DNA of 64,000 bases, taken from Callorhinchus milii (taxonomy: Eukaryota). Below, in pieces: positions 26,098-38,460 of the stretch. Position 1 is the stretch's first letter; every line of letters begins with the position of its first letter. A model generated the notes under the pieces. That model saw only the letters and a list, made by a program, of their open reading frames with translations, made no database searches and was not told where the DNA came from. Location: assembly GCF_018977255.1 (NCBI RefSeq), contig NW_024704742.1, positions 92,072,001-92,136,000 of the forward strand. The letters are read 5' to 3'. The position numbers and the translations under genes are program-made.

Positions 26098-29000
26098 TAT
26101 TTCAAAACAGAGACATTAAAAATGTAATATTGAGTCAACTACAGTAGATTCCTACCCCTCTTCCTTCCCTCTCCCAACAAAAGCCGAAGGGTAAATGATT
26201 TATTTGTATATGAAAAATGTGAGCTCTTTATGCGGGGGCTGGATGAATTTTGGAGCAGAGATTTGGAGCAGAGATTTCAAATCATGTGATGATAACTCAC
26301 AGCCAACAATATCAAGATATTCCAACTGTGATTGCAGGGCACAACTGTCAATTAATGCTGTTAAACCAATGTTACCTCACCCTCATTACACCATCTGGGA
26401 TTGCAAGAAAATTCTTGTTCTGGAGCTGTCAATCTGAATTTTTAACTAAAAAAATCCAAGAAGCTCTGTTACAGCCCAGGTTGAGTTTAAACTATTATTA
26501 AAAATCTAGTCTAACCCTAGTTTGGGGGAATTGATGGATTTTTGCCTCTTAGTCTCTAGTGTAAAGAATTCCCTGTGTACATGCTGGTGCTTTGATATAT
26601 ACCAAACACTGCTGGAAACTCTGATCACAGGATTCTGGAAACACTTAATAATTAAACTGCTGCTCTGCCTTCTCAGCTACCTTCTCATCCCAGTTCTTCA
26701 TTAAGTGGCATCGCTTGTCCATTGAAAAGCTCAAATATATAATTTATCATAAAAAGTTTGCCCAATTAAAAAAAAACTACAATGGACCACTCCTAGCAAA
26801 TTTCATTGAAGCTTTAACCCGATATAGCATTGAATATTCACCTCCAGGTTCACTCCTTCAACTGCCTACTCAGTAGGTTCCATCCTTCGCTGATCACTAA
26901 AATATATTTTTTTTCACTAAATTTTTATACGGAAAAATCACATTTATACTGAATTCCCCAAGAGAAAGACATAACAAAAAACTGCTGTGTCTAGTGATCA
27001 TTGTAAGGTAGTCCTTGTGAGTTTCTAATCTTATTTCACTGTTGCTAAGATCTCTTGTGCAAATGGCAGGTGTTTCACCACAGGGAGGGAAAGTCTCAGG
27101 GTCAACCATCCTTCCCCGGTCTTTCATACCTTCTGGTTGTTGTTAAAAAGTAATATTACTGAATGAATTTAGTCACTTTCCCCTCATTCTCTGGAATTTC
27201 TCAAACAAAATTCCTTTGCCTCACACCCTTACTCTCTTTCCAAACCCTTCTGAACACAAACCTCTTTGACTGCGCATTTGGTCACCTCCCTCCTACCCCC
27301 ATATCTCCTCCCACCCTTCTCAGACTCAAATTCTCAGCTGTAAAGCATTACTCTACTTGAAAAGTTCTATGTTAGTAAAAGTTGTTGTATTAGCAAAGCC
27401 TTAGCAGAATTAGCTTGAAGCTTCCCTCTGGACCATAAATGGTGCACAGCATGAGGAAACTTTAACAAAGAGAAAGCAAGGAATGAAATAAGGGGTCCAA
27501 ATATTACTGAATTAGACATTGATTTTATAAAACCATTAACCAGTAAATGGTTTAGGTTTATAGAGAGGCTTGGAAGGTTTGTTGGAAGAAACACATTTTC
27601 AGTATTGGCACTGTATATTGTATTAGTTTTAAGGCAATATATAGAGCAGATGTTCCACTGCAATATAGTAAGCTGATTCTGTAATACAGTATTTTTTTCA
27701 CAAAGAACCTGAGGAACTGATTCTCTGCAGTGGCACTTTTGATGGCTATCTCCATGGTTGGAAGCTTTTAGAACATTTCCAGCAAGGAATAACTGGCTAT
27801 ACAGATAAGTTGATAGTCAGAGACACAGCAGATATGGGGAGTGCTGGAAGATAAGACTGAATGTCCATTTCCTGATGCGGAGTGTTGGAAAGATGAGACT
27901 GTCATGCACTTTCCTGCTGAATAATCAACAGGAATTGTAGGTGTTGCAATATCCTTTTTTATCAACTTATCTGTCATCCCACATATGTAATGTTCATTAA
28001 TTTTGGCAATAAACTTGCTGAAGCTGGTTATACTTTAAAATGGATAGAGAATGGTAAATCCAACAGAATAACAATCTGTTGGACAATCTGTTTTGGATGT
28101 TTCATTATATTAAAAAAAATCATCTCACAATTTAAATTTAAATTGAATCAGAAACTTAGACAAAAATACAGAAATACCTGAAATGGACTTTCCAACTTGA
28201 TTTTGCTCATTTTAAGTTGTTATGGAAAAACATGTTTTGAATTTCACATAACTCATACTATAATCTGAAGGTGGTATTAATATATCAAAAACACAGCAAT
28301 GATTTGCCACCTAAGATTTTTGTAAGCACCAAAGACATTTATTTGTAGCTTTGTGCCTCTAACTGCTTTTTGTATTTCTTCTGTATTTGAAAATGTCTTT
28401 TCTGAATAGCTCCCTGAAGGATTGAGACAGTTCCAAGTAATCGCAAAGGTGTATATGCCAGTGTGCTATTTCTGCAAGATTCATTGCCTGTTATAAAAAG
28501 CACAACTACGCCTCTTTCTGCTGTGTGTTGAGGTGAAGCTCAATGTGCTACATGGCATGATCATATTGCATGTCTAAAACCATTTACATTTGTCAATGAT
28601 GTATATATTTAAAATTGTCATCTCATCAATATTGCATTTTGATCTTGGCCTGTCACAAGGTTAAATCAAGTCTCCAGAATCTGTGGAACTAAATGACCCA
28701 AGCACTTGTGGTGAGGCGCTGTTACCTGTAACTACTTTCACCACAAAAGCCCTTGATTTTTGAATGAGGCAATAACATTGACTTTCCTCATCTTCATGTA
28801 CTATAGCATGATGGATCCCTCCTAAAGAGGGAGTGGCCATGTATTTATTTCAAGCAGCTTGCCCTAACCACACAAAAGAATCTCAGCTTGCAGATACTGG
28901 GCATGGGACACAGGAAAGATCACATGAGTATTTTGTTTCACTGCTGATGAATATCTTCTGGTGGAAAGTATGAGGCATTTTTTTCATGAATTAAACTTTG

Positions 29001-29749
29001 TTCCCAATACCTTGCAGCATAGAGTTCAGCAGACCCCTGAGACTTAATTCCGTTTGCTAATAAATAATAAACCGTAACCTTTTTGTTTTTCATTTCCTTC
29101 TGAAGCTCAATAAAATTTTAATTAGAAACATTAAGATTCAGTGTTGTTAGGACTGCACTGACCAAGTGAGGTGCGGTGGTCTGCAGGGATTTAAGAATAT
29201 GTTGACTTGAGAGAGTTAGTCTAGCAACCCACACACACACAAACCCACCTGTTTGCTGTGAGGCTTTCATGTCTGATGGAGCAAATTTTCTAACTATGTT
29301 AGAAACAAATCAGAATTTTTAAAAAAATTTGATCTATTTAATATGAGCAATGTTAGCACCAGAAAATGGAACCTGTTCCCATTTCAACACCCAATCTCAA
29401 GCACTTCCACAGTGAGTAATGGAACAGATATTAAGTGCAGAGCAAGGCACTCCCCAAAATATTTGAACAACTTGCATGCCTCGGTTCCAACCTCACAGGA
29501 GCACTTTCTATTGAACTCAGATAAATCTGTTTCCTGCATCAGCCAATAGACATGATTGCCAACTAATGGCAAATTACAGAGAGTTAAATTATTTGGGCGT
29601 AGAGCCCACCAGGAAATGGGTTAACATGCACAAGCAAACATTTATATATTTGTCACCTCAAGACCTGACTTTTCAAACGTGCACCTCACTGGCCTCTCCA
29701 GCTCCAACATTCACAAATACCAGCTTATCTGAAACTCCGACATTCATAA

Positions 29750-30110
29750 AATTTCTTGCACAAAATTTTGCAAACCATCAGCCCTTTCCTTGCTATGCTC
29801 CATTGTCTCTTAATCTCTCAGCAGATCAACTTTAAGATTCTCACACTTACCTGGAAATCCTTTCATGCCCTCACGCCTCTCTACCTCTGTGATTTTCTCC
29901 AGTTTCACTCTTTTGCTGGCTCCCTCTGCTCAGCAAACTTAGCTCTGCTGTACATTCACCACCCCGCTCTATCCCAGAATTGCTAACCAAGCTCTCAGCC
30001 CCTATACTCCTACTCTCTGTAATTCCCTTCCTTCATCTCGCCCCTCCATCTTGTCATCTTCAAAAGTTGCCCTCTCTCTTCAACCATGCCTATGGTCATC
30101 TCCTTTCTCT
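29750..30110 (+). mobile_element. Old L2 ORF2 3' fragment
   Basis: Translation QQINFKILTLTWKSFHALTPLYL is a degenerate RIxFKILLLxxKALHGLAPxYL. Confidence 0.75.
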
Positions 30111-30565
30111 GAGGTCAGGCATTTCCATTAAGAGCGACAAAATTGTATTTTCTGATGTTGATTGTGAAGTCAAACCATTAATGTAATTTATTTGTGCTGA
30201 TCCTATGACAGAACAGACAACTTATTAGTAATCAGCTTCAATACCAGGTGGTGTAGAGTAGCTTTTATTCAAATCAAGAAAGATTTATACAAATGAGTTT
30301 TGTATGCTTTAAATTTTTATATATTCTGATTGTTTTTCTGTTATTGCAGGCTGCTCATCATAAAACCATTCTCTACCACCCAGGCAAGAAGGTAATGATT
30401 TTCCCAATGGATATCCCCTTGACCACTGTCCATGCTCCTTCTCAATTGTTCAATGGGATAGAAGGTTCAAGCATGATAAATTGCACCACAGTCACTCTCC
30501 CTACCTCCTCCCCTCCCTCACTCCAGATGGTAATATTACACACTCCAACCAGCAGCCCAGCTAAG

Positions 30566-30800
30566 ACAACAACAACAAACTACATTTACACAGTGTCTTT
30601 CACGTCAAGAGGACACACCAAAGTGTTGGACAGTCAGCGATTTGGACCCGAGCAGGGGGTTGGTATCAGGAGGGGTGCAGGGCAGGGAGGATAGGGGTGG
30701 CTGACTGCGCGATCAAAGAGGAGGATCTTGAGACGTGACTTGAAGGAGGCAAGAGATAGAGCAAGCCGAAGGGAATGTGGGATGGTGTTCCAAAGACATT
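30566..30800 (-). mobile_element. L2 3' fragment (type A)
   Basis: (CAA)n tail; similar to 12322-12550. Confidence 0.8.
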
Positions 30801-31327
30801 GCTCGCTCATTCAATGGAGGCAAACAGGTTTAAGTGTTCGGTAGCCTTGGGTCAAGTTTAAGATCTCTGGTTTGGGCTTAACCACTCAACCGCTTGAGCT
30901 GCTTAGTTTCGTATTTAATATTGTACAATTCAAACCCAGATGTTAGCTCAATAAGATTATGATCATTCTTAGGCATATATGACCAGATAATTAAACCTAC
31001 CCCTTGTATGCCAACAAAACATTTGATTTTTCTGCTCTTCTAACAATTAGTTTACAAACCTTCAGCTAATTGCAAAGACCCTCTACCCTATCTCCTGAGA
31101 GATCTGGTGCCTGAAATCCCACATATTCCAGTCAATCCAGTAAAGTGAATCCAGTCAATCCACTTTACAGTATATTCTGTGAAGCACTTTGAGATGTCTC
31201 GAAGATGTGAATAAGGCGCTATATCAAATGCAAGGATTATTATTATGTTACACTTAAATGTAGGAAGCGTAAAATCAAAGAAAACATTGTAGTAGTCATG
31301 GAAAAGTTTCCTGCTGTTGTTTGTGTG

Positions 31328-32283
31328 TCAGTTGACTCAACTGGTAGTAATCTCGCCTCTGAGTCAAAAGGTTGTGGGTTCAAGCCACACATCAGGACTT
31401 TAAATTCACAGTTTAGGCTGACATTCCAATGCAGTGCAGGGAAAATGTTGCATTATCAGAGGTGCTATTCTTCGGATGAAATGTTAAACCAAGGTCCTTT
31501 CTGTCTGTTGAGGTGCATGCTAAATATCCCATGGCACCATTCAAAAAGAAAGGGAGTCTCTCCCATTGTCCTGTCCAACAATCCCCCACATAAAATTGAT
31601 CATTCACTTCATTTAGTTAGTGCTTTGGTACATCCTCCCAATGTGAAAGGTGCTGGGGTTATAGTGGTGTTCTAGCCTCCTTGGGGGGGGAGGGGTATGG
31701 TTAAGCAAGGTCTCCTTGGAGCTGAACTGGTTGCCTTATCGGCACGACCTGGAAAGGCAGACCAGTCACAAGGTGCAGGGAGTCATCCCACATAGTTCCT
31801 GTTAACCCTGCAAGCCAAAACCTGAATGGGTAGGGGATCCCAGCTGGACAAGCAGTGTGATAGCTTGCCAGACAGCAATATCAACGGTAAGCTATGTGGT
31901 TTCAACAGTACCCCAATGACCACTCTGGGGTTTCTAAGCCTTGGCTCTTGCCAACCTGCACCTATCACTTTCCGGTATTAGGTAAGCGGGATACATCCCT
32001 CCAGGGAGAGATTGCGCATTCCATTCCAACAACCTATCTCTGGAATTCCAAACTGTAGCTGGGATGCATGAAATGCTCAACTTGGTTTGGATACTCTTAA
32101 ACATGGTGACGTATCGGACACCTGGCAAAAAAAATTGTTGTTCATGGGTGTTTTGTTGTGATCGCCTACAGAATTCAGTCACTATATACTTACATTAAAT
32201 CCTGTGAAGCACTTTGAAAGATGTCCTACCGAAATGAATTATTACTGTTGAAAAGCTGTATCAAATACAAGGATTATTATTGT
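31328..32283 (+). mobile_element. Old Deu-SINE interrupted by a ~530-bp insertion (31615-32150)
   Basis: Head and body at 31328-31612; tail resumes ~32150-32283 and ends aaggattattatt. Confidence 0.75.
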
Positions 32284-34385
32284 TACATATTTTTTTCAGC
32301 CTTTGGCGAATGCACTTGCACCCTTAATTGTCTAATTAAAATGACTAATTGTTTCCTGCATAAAAATGCAGTGTCTTTACAGGTCAAAATTGTCTGGAAA
32401 GTTATACATTTGTATTGCAGCTGGAGTCTGGTGTAGGAACTCCAGGGCAGCCTGGGGGTGGGAAGAGTAGCTAGGTAGAAATCAATGCAATTAGTGAATT
32501 GCATTACTACTGGATGAAATCTACACCATTGTGGATTGATGTGTAAATTCATAAGTTAAAGCTAGATAAACATCAAAGAGAATCTTGTTCATTCAGTTTT
32601 GTTGGGTCCATACAGAAACCACAGATGCATTGATTGTTATGATGATAGACAACCCCACATTCCCAACACTAATCAATCCTCTCTGCAATAACTCCATAGT
32701 CACTTAATCTAGTTTGTAGACATGAACAGCTAGTCCAATGCTGTCATCTTGTAACTTATGCACAATTAAAATAGAACCTGTAAAAATGTTCTTGTATATG
32801 TTTAGGAATTACAATACTCCTATGCATTTGTAAATACCTTATGCGAATGAGAAGATACTGGGCAAAACTATACTTGCAACGCATCCATGTGTGCATTTTG
32901 CTTGAAGGCTAAAGCATTTTCTTCTTTGCTGAAACATCTTTGTTGTTGCATATCTATTCATGAATTGGTACATCATGATTCTAACACAATGGCATGACCC
33001 ATGGACAGGATATGTGCCCTATAGACTGTAATACATTATTTCACATGCACTACCCGCATGGGGAGGGAGAGTGGTCCCACTGATTGAATACATCTCACTG
33101 ATTGAATGTTCTTGCAGCCAAGCATGCAGGAAGCTACACTTACAGACAGACATCATTGCTTGGCAGCAATTGGTTGTTTTTTACTTTTAACTGCCCCACT
33201 TCCTGATTCATCCTGAGTAGAACTGAGATTGATCTGTGGGAAAACCAACTGACATACAGTGACCCCCAGCTCCATTTAGAAATGTGGTGCTTACATTTCT
33301 CACCTACCCTTTTTCCTCATGTGACTCCCAACACTTTCCACATTGAGAAAATGGGAATTTGGGCCCCAGTGACAACGGTCTCATTATTAGTCTCATTAGT
33401 AATGATCTGTTTGTTATTGTTCCGAAGTCCCCTGACAGGAATTCAAACTGTCATACATTTCAATGGCAGATTCAGTAATCACGCACTTTAAGCAAACAAA
33501 AATAAGATAATGTAAATTTCAGTAAAGCCAAGCAAATTGCCTTACTATGCCTTGAAGGTTTATTGCATTGAAGAGCCTTTTACACTTCAATGTGTTGCAA
33601 CCATGAAATGGGAGACACAAATCACAGCATCACTTAAGATTCACACATGGGTTTCCCCTATTAGTGAGTTTCTGCTTCATTAACTGCAGCACTGATTGGA
33701 GACAAGGTCAGTTGACAATGGGAGGCAGCAAACATTGATAGGGTTGCAGCTAACATTATATCCTGCACCTCCTTTGGCATTGACAGAGGATAAAGTTGCT
33801 CATTTTCTCAGTGGGAATCCATGTGGTACAGTTTTTTTCCCAGGAACATTGTTTTGAAAAAAAACAATTAGTGGACGAACTTGAACCAGCTAACAGGTTT
33901 ATTATGTTATCCTATAACATGTATGAACTCAGTTGTCCAGTGAGTTAAAAATGAAATCAAAATCAAGTTAAATATGACAAATATAGGTAATATAACAAGT
34001 GGTGCCACAGATAATTCAGGGATGGGGATGATGCTGTATAGTTAAGAATTCTTGTTTCAACTGTTACTGTTGTTATTGATGTCAAGATGTTTCTAATCAC
34101 ATTCCAATGCATTTGCTTGTATTCTTCTCACTCCAGTTTCTCTCCTTCCACTCCATTAATTCCTCCACATCCACACTTTTCACATTTAAATAATGGAGTC
34201 TATAGGCCATCTCAACAACTGAGTATCAGTATACATGACTGAGAACACTTCCTGGATGTTTTCCTTCTCTCTTGCAGGTGTCACAATGAAACCCCCTGAA
34301 ACTGTGCTGCCAGGAATACTGAGATGGAAATGCTATTTCAGATTGGGATCTCATAAAGAGTCAGCATTGTAACTGGTGGATCTCG

Positions 34386-34742
34386 TATAATAATAATCCT
34401 TGCATTTGATATATCATGTCTTTGAGATGTCTCAAAGCACTTGATAGAATATACTGCAAAGTGGATTGACTGTATATTTTGTAGGTGAAACACGGCAGCT
34501 AATTGCGCACAGCAGTGTCCCACAAACAGTCATGGATTGAGTGACCAATTTTTTTTAAGGAATTATTACCCCCGGAAAAGCAATCCGCCAATCAACTAAC
34601 AACTGGGTTCCTAGTTACTGCTCGGTAAACAGAGGCGTGTGTGTGGAGTAAGGAAACTTGCTTAACGTTTTGCCATGCTAGGAATAGAACCCGGGTCTCT
34701 CATTTGTGAGGCTAGCGCTCTAAAGACTGAGCTGCAGGACTC
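34386..34742 (-). mobile_element. Young tRNA-derived SINE, long variant, full length
   Basis: tRNA-like head, central ctctgtttaccgagcagtaactaggaaccc block, Deu core, (ATT)n tail. Confidence 0.92.
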
Positions 34743-35199
34743 CAATAATTTCTGACCTGAGTATTAAGGTTCTTTAATTTTTTTCAATCTGTGCTGCCAC
34801 TGTCAATATATAGCTGGAAACCAGCAAGCATTGCAGAGAGGACGTGATTAATTTTTTAAACTTTTTTTGCTATAAAGAAGCTCATAAATGCAAATGCCAT
34901 TAAGTCCTACCTGCAAATGATTACTGTCTTTTAGGGAAGAATATTTATTGTATCTCCATGTGGCTCTGAAGGAGTAAACACAAGGGCCATGTCACCTAAA
35001 GCTCAACTTATTTTCAGGTTTGTTTATACAAATTTATTATTGTAGATTAAGTTTCAGTAATATTTATTTGCAGATATACTGAAAGAAATTTATTTGACTC
35101 AATAAGGTCTTGAACAGAAAACATGTTAAAAAAAATGTTTTGATAATTGTGAATGAATAATGAATATATTACACAAACATTTTTATTAGTGTGTAAGCC

Positions 35200-35395
35200 T
35201 GGCTCAGTGGTGGGGATGTGCGCTCGAGCTTCAGACAGGAAAATGGTGACAATATTATTATTTATTATTCTTATAATACTCTCACTCATTTCATGCTGAG
35301 ATGCGTTGCCCAACGGGAAGCTCCAAGAGAGTTCCTGGTACATATCTTCCACCTAGTGAGGGCTCAAACCCGCACTTGTCGGATGTCAAATACAG
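35200..35395 (+). mobile_element. Second copy of the zinc-knuckle non-LTR remnant
   Basis: LTHFMLRCVAQREAPREFLVHIFHLVRAQTRTCRMSN aligns with LTHFMLNCIAHQEACKEFLLPIIHRVRAQIHACQMSN at ~20070-20183. Confidence 0.7.
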
Positions 35396-35454
35396 TAGGA
35401 CCCCCAACACACATTCTGGGGTCCTCAAGCCTTGGGTCTGACCAAACAAGTAAA

Positions 35455-35873
35455 TCAGTTGTAGTACTCTCATCCCTGAGTCAGAAGATTGTGGGTTCAA
35501 GCTCCACGACAGGACCTGGAATCGTACAGTATAAGCTGGCGCTCCAATGCAATGCTGAGGGTGCGTTATATTGTTTGAGGTGCTGTCCTTCGGATAAGAT
35601 GTTAAAGTGAGGTCTGCCTGTTCAAGTGGATGTTAAAGATCCCATGGCATCATTCGAAAAGAGAAAGGGGCTACTCCTAGTATTCTGGCCAACAATCCCC
35701 CAAATAAAAAATGGTCACTCACTCCATGGCTGTTTGTGGGACACTGCTATGCACAATTAGCTGCCGTGCTGCGCCCATAAAATACACTTTACAGTAGTAT
35801 ATCCTGTAAAGCGCTTTGAGACGTCTCGGTGAACAATAAGGCATTATATCAAATGCAAGGATTATTGTTATTA
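35455..35873 (+). mobile_element. Old Deu-SINE, full length
   Basis: Head tcagttgtagtactctc...ctgagtcagaagattgtgggttcaagc, body, Deu core, tail. Confidence 0.88.
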
Positions 35874-36760
35874 TGTAATGTCACATTAAGCAGACATCTC
35901 AGTGGGTGTGAGAACTGTTTTATGGGGTTACATGCTTTCATAGGCAGCAGCCCCTTCCTCATATGGTAACAACAGGCAGTTTTCAAGGAAAAAATTGAAG
36001 TTATCCATTGATGGTCAACCAACTGTGAAAAATAGCCAATTTCAGTCAGCTCAAGGAGAGTTCATTGAGTGCAGAATCATTGCACATACACACAGTGTGG
36101 TCTGTGGAGGAGATAAATATTGTATTCCTGATGTAAGCTCTTGTTTATTAACTGGCCTACCCGTGTTAGATTAGTGTTTTAAACAATATTGATCAGCGAT
36201 GAAGAGAAAAAGTAACCATTGCAAATCTTTGACGGAATTTAAATCAGAATCCTCCAGCCAATCTTAGACAGACCTTGTCAGTTTCAAGGAATTATCTTGG
36301 CACCAAAGATTTTCAATTATCCTTTGTCAAACTTGCAATCACCATTGCTAAAAGGAACTAATTTTAGCAACACAAGAAAAATCTACGAATACCTCAGTGC
36401 TATTTAAAGCTACAAACAATCCAGTTCTTAAATGTAAGTCCACATAAAATTGCAGTGGGGGGTTGTATATTTACTCACTCATACAAAGCAATAAGAGCAT
36501 TCATATTGTTTTGTGGTTTGACAATGTGTGTGTGCACAGAATGCTTAAATCAGATGCTTGTATTTATTGGCCTGGATTCAAAGCGATGTAGAGCAGGAAG
36601 TATATATCTGGCTTCCTGCTTTCCATCCTATACTGCCAGGAACAAAGCTTCACTTACAGGGATATAAACGCATTAGTGATGCCATGGTTTTATAGGTATT
36701 AGAGTCAAAATGATGGCATTCCTAAACGCATTGCATTCCTTAATTTAGGATCGCCACCAA

Positions 36761-37119
36761 AGTCCGGTAGCTCAGTGGTTAGAGCACTCGCCTCGCAAGC
36801 GAGATACCTGGTTCGATTCCCACCAGAGTGAAACGTTGAGCAAGTTTCTTTACTCCACACATCTCTATTTACCTAGCAGTAATAGGTACCTGGTTGTTAG
36901 TCGAGTGGCAGATTTCCAGGGGTAATAATTCCATCAAAAAAAATAATTTGATCACTTCAATCCACGACAGTTAGACACTGCTGTGTGCAATTGGCTGCCG
37001 TGTTTTGCCCACAGAATATGCAGTCAATTCACTTTACAGTATATTCCCTGAAGCATTTTGAGACATTTCGAAGACATGATAAGGAGCTATATCAAATACA
37101 AGGATTATTATTATTATTA
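36761..37119 (+). mobile_element. Young tRNA(Ala)-like SINE, long variant, full length
   Basis: tagctcagtggttagagca, stem-loop ctcgc-CTCGCAA-gcgag, ggttcgattccc; central cctagcagtaataggtacctgg block; Deu core; (ATT)n. Confidence 0.93.
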
Positions 37120-37959
37120 ATGATATCATCACTGCTGCCACAGTACCCGGATGACACCTGTCTCTATCTCTGCCCCTAACTTTGATTCCAAGACCACTGC
37201 TGATATGACAGATTGCCTGGCAGATTTCCAGCCCTGGATGACTTTCTACAGTTAAATGTCAACAGGACAAAAGCTCTCCTTCTTGTCTCCCTTTAGAGCT
37301 TTCTTACCTTAAGCATTGACCACATCAACCTTCATGCCATGCTTTCAGCTTCCTTCCTACATCCCCGCCCCCCAAAGAATCTTGAATTCAATCCACTGGG
37401 GATGGGAAGCCGGTGGAACTGATTGACTGTGCAGGGACAGGCAGAGGAGACAAGGACAATGGAATAGATAAGAGTGAAACCAGGAAAGGACAGAGATGTT
37501 GAGATGAAGCAGAGAGGTGCAAGATAGTTCAAAAATAATTAATTATAAATAATGCTTTTGTTTGTTGTAACCCTTATAATGTCAAAATGTCTAAAATAGC
37601 TTTGCAGGTAATAGCTCCCCTAATACCTCATCAGACTATAATACTAAAATGACTCAAAGTTCTGACATGGGGCTTGAACCCACATCCTCTATGATTCTAT
37701 GGTTTGAACCTTCAGATGTCTGATTCAGAAACAAATGTGCTACTCTCTAAGCCAAGCTAACAGAATATTCACTGGATTAGTTAAGGGGTGTATGTGGGGT
37801 TACAAAAAATGCTTTTTCACACAGAGGATTATTCAAACATGTAATGGAGATCAATACAAACTATTAAATTTAGAAAGTAAAACTGGAAGATATGTGTACT
37901 CCATGACAGATAGAACTTGCAAAAGGGAAACTAAATGAACGTGTTAGTTGACTCATCTT

Positions 37960-38460
37960 TTACTATTTAAAACTGTATAGAGCAGCAATAAATGAGACCA
38001 GCAAATTGCTGGATTATATTGCCAAATCAGATAACTTGAGATGCTCAGAAGTGATGCTCAAGTCATTTTTGGGTTAGGCCACACCTAGAGTATTACATAC
38101 AGTCTAGGCACTCAACCATAAGACTTCTCACACTCTAGAGGCAGTTCAGAGGAGAGTAACAAGGTTGATTTCCAGTATTGGAAGGAGGAGCTATGAGGAC
38201 CTAACGGAAATCTGTGGCTCTTCAGACTTGAAAAGAGATGTTTCATACAAAACCTTATAGGAGTATATAAATGGAACTTTAAAAGTAAATCTTGAACAAT
38301 ATTTTCAGATACACAAAGACTAAAGATGAGAGAAAGAGTTCAATGCTATGGATGTGAAGGACAATTTTAGGGAAAGTACCAGGTAGTATTTCTTTACAGA
38401 ATGGACAATTCATGGGTTACAGGAAGGGCAGTAAAGGCCAGTATGCTGGACTCATTTAAG
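37960..38460 (+). mobile_element. CR1 3' fragment, degenerate
   Basis: Homologous to 21200-21710 (gttaggccacacctagagta, ctagaggcagttcagaggagag). Confidence 0.8.

Noticed and set aside
36761..36835. tRNA-Ala gene (also at 62140, 24740, 34670 and 63803)
   Set aside because: A/B boxes and an anticodon arm are present, but each runs on into a SINE body and tail with no clean acceptor stem or poly-T terminator
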